From the NCBI GenBank assembly GCA_964016885.1, contig OZ024743.1:154814001-154878000 (forward strand): DNA of 64,000 nt, written 5' to 3'. The translations under genes were made by a program, and so were the position numbers. Position 1 is the first letter of the stretch. Each line of letters opens with the position of its first letter. This DNA is from Eledone cirrhosa. Its lineage: Eukaryota. Under the pieces are notes generated by a model, which made no database searches, had not been told where the DNA came from, and was given only the letters and a program-made list of their open reading frames with translations. Shown here one piece after another: positions 55,780-64,000 of this stretch.

Positions 55780-56170
55780 CTTCTTCTTCTTCTTCTTCTT
55801 CTTCTTCTTCTTCTTCTTCTTCTTCTTCTTCTTCTTCTTCGTCGTCGTCATCGCCCACTTATTCCATACAGGGTCCTGGGGCAGAGTCGTCAACCACTCA
55901 TTCCATTGTTAGAAGCAACAGTTTGCAACTATTTCCGCTGGATCCCCAAACAATACCAGCGAAGCCAATGGCTGTTATATGCCCATCTTGCTTGTTCCTC
56001 ACACGTGAGTCTCCTGGCAGTTGGTTTTGCCCGTAAAATATGTCCTGTGATTCTTTTCTGAGACGTTCTAACCATATCCCCGTAATATTGGTGCTTTTAT
56101 CTTCCAATACAGAGAGCAGCGACCCTATCTGGAGCGACTCTCTGATCTCCCAGCTACACACTCTCACATG
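55780..56170 (-). mobile_element. LINE 3' end with (GAA)n tail (RTE-like)
   Basis: (CTT)n at 55780-55840 on the plus strand. The minus strand encodes KRITGHILR, resembling the LINE C-terminal W-x-GH-x-x-R motif. Confidence 0.45.
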
Positions 56171-57949
56171 CATGAACTTATGAAAAGAATATATGAGTTT
56201 TAATAATGGAAAAAACGTTGACAATACCAAACATAACTCAGACAAAATAATAGTATGATTAAAGGGTTTGATTACCCTCTGTAAAATCAGAAATCCAAAT
56301 TTTATTATTTTCAATCCACTTCGGTTTCACTGAGCATATCTTGTATCTGATTTAGTGTATCCTCTTCGTTGGGAATAATTTACTTTTCCCGTTATAATTG
56401 AAAGCCAGTCTAGTAGACAGAAATGATAAGTACTATTTCAGTCCCATATGATCTTTATCTGAATTGTATGCATACATCCTACGGTATACAGAAAGTAAAC
56501 AAAAGGACCAATCAACTGCAATTCCTGTCATACTACATAATAGTTCAACTGTTCCTTCGAAGAAACAATTAAAAAAAAGATTGCAACAAACATAGATCAC
56601 ATTCATTAATCTTGGGTGGGGGTAAAATGCTGATATGATTTCAAAACTGATCCTTACAATTCTGAGTGTTAGAGTAGGTCACCAAATAAATGTTTACTAC
56701 ATCTGATTGTTTCAGAAATTTTCCTCAGAATACTTGGCATTATCAGCTGGACGACTCGAAATTGCATCACATTTGTAGCTACTTCAGTTTTTAGCTCCTA
56801 GATGAGCGATTCATATCTCGAGCATAATGACTGAGCGAGAGCTCAATCTGCTGGAATTTATGACAGTATTATAACAACGTTTGTTATTTAGATACGTTAT
56901 TATGAATTCAGACAATTATCTCAGGGAATCATGCAAACATTCGCTGATAAAATAATAATGTCAAATTTAGACACATGTCCAACAATCTAGTTGACAAGAA
57001 ATTCTAATAAACCCACTTTCGTACTTGGATGGTGAATCATTTATTGACCCTGAAATGTGAAATTTAAAAATTGACCTGATTTGAAATCAGATCGAAAAGT
57101 GCCGGAACAAATGTCGTGAATTCTTTCTTAAGATGCCCTAACAACTTTATTAATCCATCATCTTTTTCTGGCGTCAAAATAATGAATGCATCTCCATGAA
57201 GTATTGGAAAGAAAATTCTCGAGTCTAACATCGATTTGAGCAGGTGGCCACTGGAGAAGGTATCACTGCATGTCATATCCTCAATTCAAAAGGAAATATT
57301 TTGATTCTCATCAGTCATTTACCCCATCCAATTGCCATAAAATCCATAAAATGATAGCATGGAAAACCGCATCCTAAGTGTAACGAGCTGTACTGACGAG
57401 CATAGAGGAAGACATTTTCAAAAGGCCTCAGCAATATCCGATGTTTACAGATAAGAAATTCATGCCTACGGCAGAGGCCAATTCGGGAATATTTGTTATC
57501 CATCTGTCTACCACTCCATCGCGAGGGTATTGTGTTCTGAATACACTGCTGATTGCCTGAGATGGGAAGTATAAGATACTACCCAACGCTGATGTCTAAA
57601 TCATAACGAACGATTGAGGTAAAATACTTACAAATTTCAATAAGGAAAAGCGGAAAGTGAAATACATTTTAAAATCTTATATTCCTTTTAAACCCTTTAA
57701 TAGGTAAGTTTGTTTACTTTAACAGTCTTGCCACTTTAGTGTTTGGTTTCAGTGTAAGATGGTGTAACCGCGTCAAATAAATGTTTTGTTCCATAACTTA
57801 TTCATGCATACAATATTTGGGAGTTTCTACTATCATATAATAAACCTGTTGTTTTTAAGAAATTAAAATCATTACAATCTCTAATTATGAATTATAATGA
57901 ATATTGTTATATCCAGTTACTTTAATGTTTGGTTACTATTTAGATCATT

Positions 57950-59400
57950 TTCAGCCGTAATCTAGCAGACATTACCAAATACATTCTAATCGTCGTCATT
58001 CTCTCATGTTAAGGATACATCAGATTGAATTATCTAATAATTTCTCTCTTAGTTACATGCGGCAATGTGTGATTCATGACTAGTGTATTGTATATGTCCG
58101 ATGACCAGGTAGACATTTCATAGTTGGATTTATATGGTTATGGCCTTAGCTAGATTTTATGACTGGGTATATATTGAGATACTAAAATCGGCTTGTAACC
58201 CATACAGAAAACTACAGATATTGCTGTAAGTAATACAATTTCCCTTCCACATAATTTATTTTCATATTCTCGTTTAATTTTAATTCCTTTATGAACTGCC
58301 ATATCTGATCGTCAAGAGCTTCATCGTTGCTGTTTAATCTGGCAAAAGTAACAGTCGAATATATGACATACTACGCAATGGGTACTTCACGAATTGCCAA
58401 ATATTTTCATCTCAATGTTATCTGGCAATATTATCACTCTACTGATAACAGATTTACGTTTCTTTATAACCAGTAATCTACATTTCTGGATTTGAAACTC
58501 CACCCCAATATCTTCAATGAAACACACGACAGCATTTTCTGATGATTCAAATTCTTTTCCAATCATAATGTTATCCGTAAATATGAGATGACTTATGGTG
58601 CCCTTTCTTTTTCCCAACACATATCCGGTTTTGGTTTTCCTCAAGATCATTGTGAGATGTATGAGGAGAATTAAAAATAATAGATATGAAAATAACTCGA
58701 TTTATACTCAATGCTCCAAAAATTAATCACTGGCAATAAGTGCCGTTTTCCATTTTTTCATACTTTTTTCCATAATTTCTGTCACATTATCTATCATTCA
58801 CATTATGTTTATGCTTTCCCATATCCAGGAATGTAGGGCTATAACATATGCCTTGTGTTAATCAATCGATCCCATGGATAGTCCAGTTCATCTCCATATT
58901 ATCAATTAACATCTAATCTTTCCCCCTGCCTGCCTTATACATTCGATTTTGATTGAATTAATTAAACATATTACTGTATCTACTCAACTTTGCTGCAGCT
59001 ACCTCAATCCTTTATTTGATTTTTACAACCCCTATTGAATATTGTATCTCTCATAAGTGAAGTGTTTCACATTTCATCTCACTATTTCCTATCAAATTTG
59101 TCCTAAGTAACTTAATCTTTTTCTCATGTTACTTACTCCACAATGATTCTCCTCCCTTTTCTTCCTTTATTTTCAAACCATATTCATGTGCCCCAACCTT
59201 AACGGCAACCAAAAGAATATTGTTTACTTCTATGCTGGATTTAAGAAAGAAATATTTGACATCATCAACAACAGCTTTAGTTTTTCGCAGATTTTTTCAG
59301 CTATTAGTTACCAACTCCTAAATTAACAAATCTATGATCCGAACCCTCTCATCATTTCCCACATCAAATCGCATACTAGTGAAGATTGCTTTTTCTCAAC
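57950..59400 (-). mobile_element. R4/Dong-like (RLE-type) non-LTR RT relic
   Basis: ILRKTKTGYVLGKRKGTISHLIFTDNI...EDIGVEFQIQKC (ORF 58387..58650) and KAYVIALHSWI near 58825-58860. Boundaries are approximate. Confidence 0.6.
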
Positions 59401-60131
59401 ATTTGAGCTGTTCCCAACATGTGTGGCTGAAAGCCTGGACCAAATACTATTTTCAACAGGTACTTCTGAAATTTCTCTGTCACAAATCAAAGATCAACAA
59501 GCACCACAAGGGACAATTGTGACTGTCTTCACTTCATTACTCCAGCATATCAAGATCACATATCGCAGGCCTGTATAACTCTTATTTTCACCTCCTTTTG
59601 ATGAACTATGGCAAAAGAGGAACACGTTATATCTATGAGTGAACAGTTTCATTCATTCTTTTGTGGTTTGTTCGTCTGAATATTCAATTTGGTCTCAATT
59701 GGAAAATCGCATATAAGATGTTTCTCGTTGTTCTGTAGAATTCTCAGATATTTCATAACAAAACGTTCATAGATTTTGTTCTGCACATGGAAATCCATAG
59801 TCTTTACATAAGCTGCAGTGCAGCATGACAGCCTCCTTATCTTGTCGACCCTTATTAAAATCTTACTCGGTTAACTGTTTCTGTTAAGAAACGATATGAA
59901 AACTGCCTTAGCTCTCTCAACACAAATTTTGCATTCAGCTTCAATGGTTTATATTTTTGTTTTCCCCTTTTCTATGTCTTGAATTTATTCGTTTTGTTTC
60001 CCTTTTAAGGTAGCTTTTCCGTAAACAGAAGCAAGACATTTTATTAATTTCCTTAGTATACGGACTTTTGAATAATTGCTTTTTTGTGCTCTTCAGTAAT
60101 AGTAGTCTCTGGGCGTCTCTTCTTTATATTT

Positions 60132-63019
60132 TGGTTGAGGATGTTGTCACCAATTTAGCGGAGAAGTATATTTAGAGAGTTGTAATGTTGCCACGAGCAA
60201 CCATCTTTGGTAGAAAGATATGATAGGAATATCGACAACGACTTTAGCTTGTTTTTACATTATTTATTAATAGAGGTTGAGCTGGCATGCCAAGAGAAAT
60301 AAAACAAATCAATTAAGATTACAAGAGAAAATACGGTCGACTGGCTGAGGCGTTTAACCAATTCTGTAGTAAAATTGTTGTGTCGTTACATATTATTTGT
60401 GCTGGCGGAGCAAAAGAACAAGTGGTGTTTACCTTAGCACGGTCTAGCTGGAAGTGATAATTTCCTCAAATCTTTGCGGGTTATTTCTCCCTCAGAACGA
60501 GTAGGGATACATCCTCTTCTACTGACGCCGATTGGCTGAGCTGAGCCAAATCACGCACAGAGAATGTATGTGAGCCCGCGGAATGTAGGTCACTACATCA
60601 ACTCCGAGCAGAATTTTAGCCGGAAATCGTTAACGATAAAGCCGAGGACCCACAGATTATTGAATCAGCAAGAACAAATGCCGAAAGAGCACATCAGTGA
60701 AGAGAGAATTGAGGAGAAAGATGCATGCAAGAAAAAAAATGAGGCGCGACGGGCCGTGTTGAGCTGTTTTGTAGTTTATACGTGACCACCAAAGGTCTAC
60801 CAGAAAACAGATAAAGTCTGACATGGGCGAAGTTGCTGTTCTTGCATTAAATGTTAATGGTAACTGTTGTATCAGTAGCTGTGGACGAAGCTATTATGGT
60901 AATTTACCAGTGCTGGCAAGAAGATGATGGGTAGGCGAGAAAATGTTGGCCTCCCAGATGTATTTCCGAATGTGCTAGGGAGCCAGGAAAAATGGCTGTT
61001 TGCTTTGAAAAGAAAAAAAAGCAAGTTGAATCTGTAGGTGTGTTGGAGTTCCATAATTCGGGCGAATCCACAGAAGTGTTGAAAATGCTGACAAGTCCAG
61101 TTCTATTTGTTGTTTTCCCGGTGATCTGGGTAAGATAACATGATAGGTTGTTATGGATGATGAGTGTGCAACGAGATGTGAAACTGTTTGAGTTCAGCTG
61201 CAATTAGCATACTCGTGTTGCTGTGCAGGTGAATTAAGCTGCAAGTGTCGATAGCATGTTTTGGTACCTCCAGAAGGTTAAAAGGGATCTCGCAGAATAT
61301 TACGACGCTTGAATATCATATACTATAGACAACAACATGTTGGTGTGTGTATATATGCAGGAATGTAATATAGCAAAGAAAATGTGTGCGTGCGGTCACA
61401 TATACAATGATAGAGAGAAATGAATGTTCATATAATACAGTTTAAAAAAAATAAATGTCCAAAATAAATGCCTGGAAAAAAAAGGAAGAAAGAAAGAATT
61501 GTTTCTTTTCTTTTAACAAAAAGTTCGCTTCTTTTTTCTTTGGGAACGCTCTTACTAGGGAGCTAGTAGAGTTGTTGTTAAAGCAAAGTCACAATGAATA
61601 TTCTGTAGAGTAGAAGTCGAGCGTTGAAGAACCCAGAGTCACCGATATGCCAGCCACGTCTGACGCCATAATGATGAGAAAACTAATGTCTTAATTTATC
61701 GAGTCCTTGTGGTAACGAGACAGAAGGTATGGTGGTTGCGTCGGTAAAGTTACAAGCCGTTCCCTGGTGTTGGTTAATAGTTAGCCATGTGTTGATGCTG
61801 ATGGGTGGTACTTGGTGGTAGCCGTTTCGAAATTTCCTCGTGGCGTAAAGTTTTTGAAATACTGCCAATTTTTTTTCAAAAAATATTCTAAAGAAATTTT
61901 GAATAATAAAAAAAATTATTTTCCATGAAAATCCCAAGATGGCCGATCGAAAAATGTGTCCGTGATGAAGAAGCCGTCATGTGGCACGATGCAGCCAATC
62001 AGACGGCTGGGATTGGAGAAGACAAGCTGCACGCGGGAAAACAACATTTCTGAGTCTCCATTTGTAATTTTAACAGAATGTTGAAAGCAAAATTTAATAT
62101 CCAGAGAAATCCTTTTTTTTTATTTTTTTTTTTTTGTTTTCATGAAGCTATGCTCGCAAAGTAAGTTGCTCTTAGTCGGTGGTCACCCTACTCATTTTAT
62201 CAACCAATTGAAATATCCCAAACCACCTCAACCGGATAGAAGACATCGCAGAATTTTCAATCCAAAAGAGACATTTTTTGTTAGTCGTCGAAAAAAATCT
62301 TTCTTTTGTGTTGTATTTTGTATTCGTCTGTATGCGTGAGTCAATAGTGTCACCATGAAAGTTATGACAGAAATATTGTGCAGGCCGCGTGCTTCAACAA
62401 ATGGAATATTATGAATTTTATTGACTTACGCTTAGTGAGTCTAGCTACCCGATTCGAATATTCCAAATGTTAAGCCACTCCACATTGCCTTTAAAACGAA
62501 TGTCGAATTCAAATAGGCTGCGTTTTCATTCTTAATCGTCGGTGTGACCAATTTGGTTGAGGATGTTGTCACCAATTTAGCGGAGAAGTATATTTAGAGA
62601 GTTGTAATGTTGCCACGAGGAACCATCTTTGGTAGAAAGATATGATAGGAATATCGACAACGACTTTAGCTTGTTTTTACATTATTTATTAACATAGGTT
62701 GAGCTGGCATGCCAAGAGAAATAAAACAAATCAATTAAGATTACAAGAGAAAATACGGTCGACTGGCTGAGGCGTTTAGCCAATTCCGTAGTAAAATTGT
62801 TGTGTCGTTACATATTGTTTGTGCTGGCTGAGCAAAAGAACAAGTGGTGTTTACCTTAGCACGGTCTAGCTGGAAGTGATAATTTCCTCAAATCTTTGCG
62901 GGCTATTTCTCCCTCAGAACGAGTAGGGATACATCCTCTTCTACTGACGCCGACTGGCTGAGCTGGGCCAAATCACGCACAGAGAATGTATGTGAGCCCG
63001 CGGAGTGTAGGTCACTACA
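60132..63019 (-). mobile_element. Non-autonomous LTR retroelement with two 466-bp LTRs (60132-60597 and 62554-63019)
   Basis: TG...CA termini and ~11 differences between LTRs by eye. PBS-like TGGTCACACCGACG lies 3 nt inside the 5' LTR (12/14 match to the tRNA-Trp PBS). Near-TSD atattt/atactt. The ~1.95-kb interior has no RT or integrase. Confidence 0.85.
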
Positions 63020-64000
63020 ATACTTTATATATAATTCCCTACCACTTTCTTTTCTTTTGACAACATCTGTTACATTCAAAATTCCCTTAACTCCCCACTT
63101 TCCTTTTCAATTGAGTATGAATGCATCACTTTGTGCATGCATTCTTCGCTTGTTAGTGAACATTTTCCTAGTTTTCTGATCAATTTCCTTCATCTTTACT
63201 TACATCCACTCTCTTATAACTACACCATACTTTAAAATTTCCACCGTTTAAATCGGACTTGAATATGGTCCTCAATCATTTCAGACGATTTCTGTTATTC
63301 ATTATTTGCGTTTTACTTTGTAGCCTACCTTGATATTTACATGCTTCGACTGTTTCCAGCGACTTGATAATATCACTATTCGGCAGTTACATTCCATCAA
63401 AATATACCAACTTTCTATGTTTTATCTCGATCATCGCACACTTTAAAATGTCAAACTTCATATGTTGCCTTCTGTTCAATGTTTATGAAGAATTCTACTT
63501 CCTAACATTTAAGTACGTTTATTTACTTCCCATGGAAATGTATGTATTACCTAACAACTGGAAACAGATAAAGAAGCTGAAACATGGAAATATCCTGCAC
63601 TGCCTATAAAAATAATTTTTTTTATGTGACATTACCAAATACAATCAGCATTCATTGAAGCGTTGAGTCATGTTTTCTGTTTATATTAATGTTAACATCC
63701 AATGATATTATTTGCTCTAATTTAAAGCGTATAAATTGGAACATTTTCGCATTATCAAGTCTAATACTTTCTTTGTAAATGCTGCGTTTTGTAGTTTTGC
63801 GTGTTTCAGTATTTGTTATATATTATGTTTTGCTTTTGAAAAGCTACAAAAAAGTGACAGGCTGTTTTTTAAATGATGTGAAGTAGAAAATGAAGTTCAC
63901 AAGAGCAAATAAAAAATTCAATTATTTTCGTGTCATATTGGAAATCTGAATATTGCAAGAGAATTATTTAACGATGCAATAAATAAATAACACGTGAAGT

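Overview
This is AT-rich eukaryotic, repeat-dominated DNA with no recognisable intact host gene. The dense (TA)n/(CA)n/(GA)n microsatellites and the tRNA-derived SINE family suggest an octopus/cephalopod genome (inference). Most short ORFs in the track are translations of microsatellites. The window is a mosaic of decayed transposable elements: at least six Penelope-like element (PLE) fragments (four Naiad-like, with RT and/or C-terminal GIY-YIG), a degenerate autonomous Helitron (RepHel), a 5'-truncated Gypsy element with one LTR, a young non-autonomous LTR element with two 466-bp LTRs, and L1/Tx1-like, RTE-like and R4/Dong-like LINE remnants plus SINEs. Two non-coding signals stand out. (1) About 14 minimal type-I hammerhead ribozyme motifs, three of which carry a compensatory U3:A8 core (UUGANAA). 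(2) A ~2.15-kb foldback (28.57-30.72 kb) whose arms each carry a tandem pair of diverged ~200-220-nt GC-rich units; these fold into long rods with strand-specific G-U pairing and match no RNA family I recognise. All alignments and folds were done by eye.
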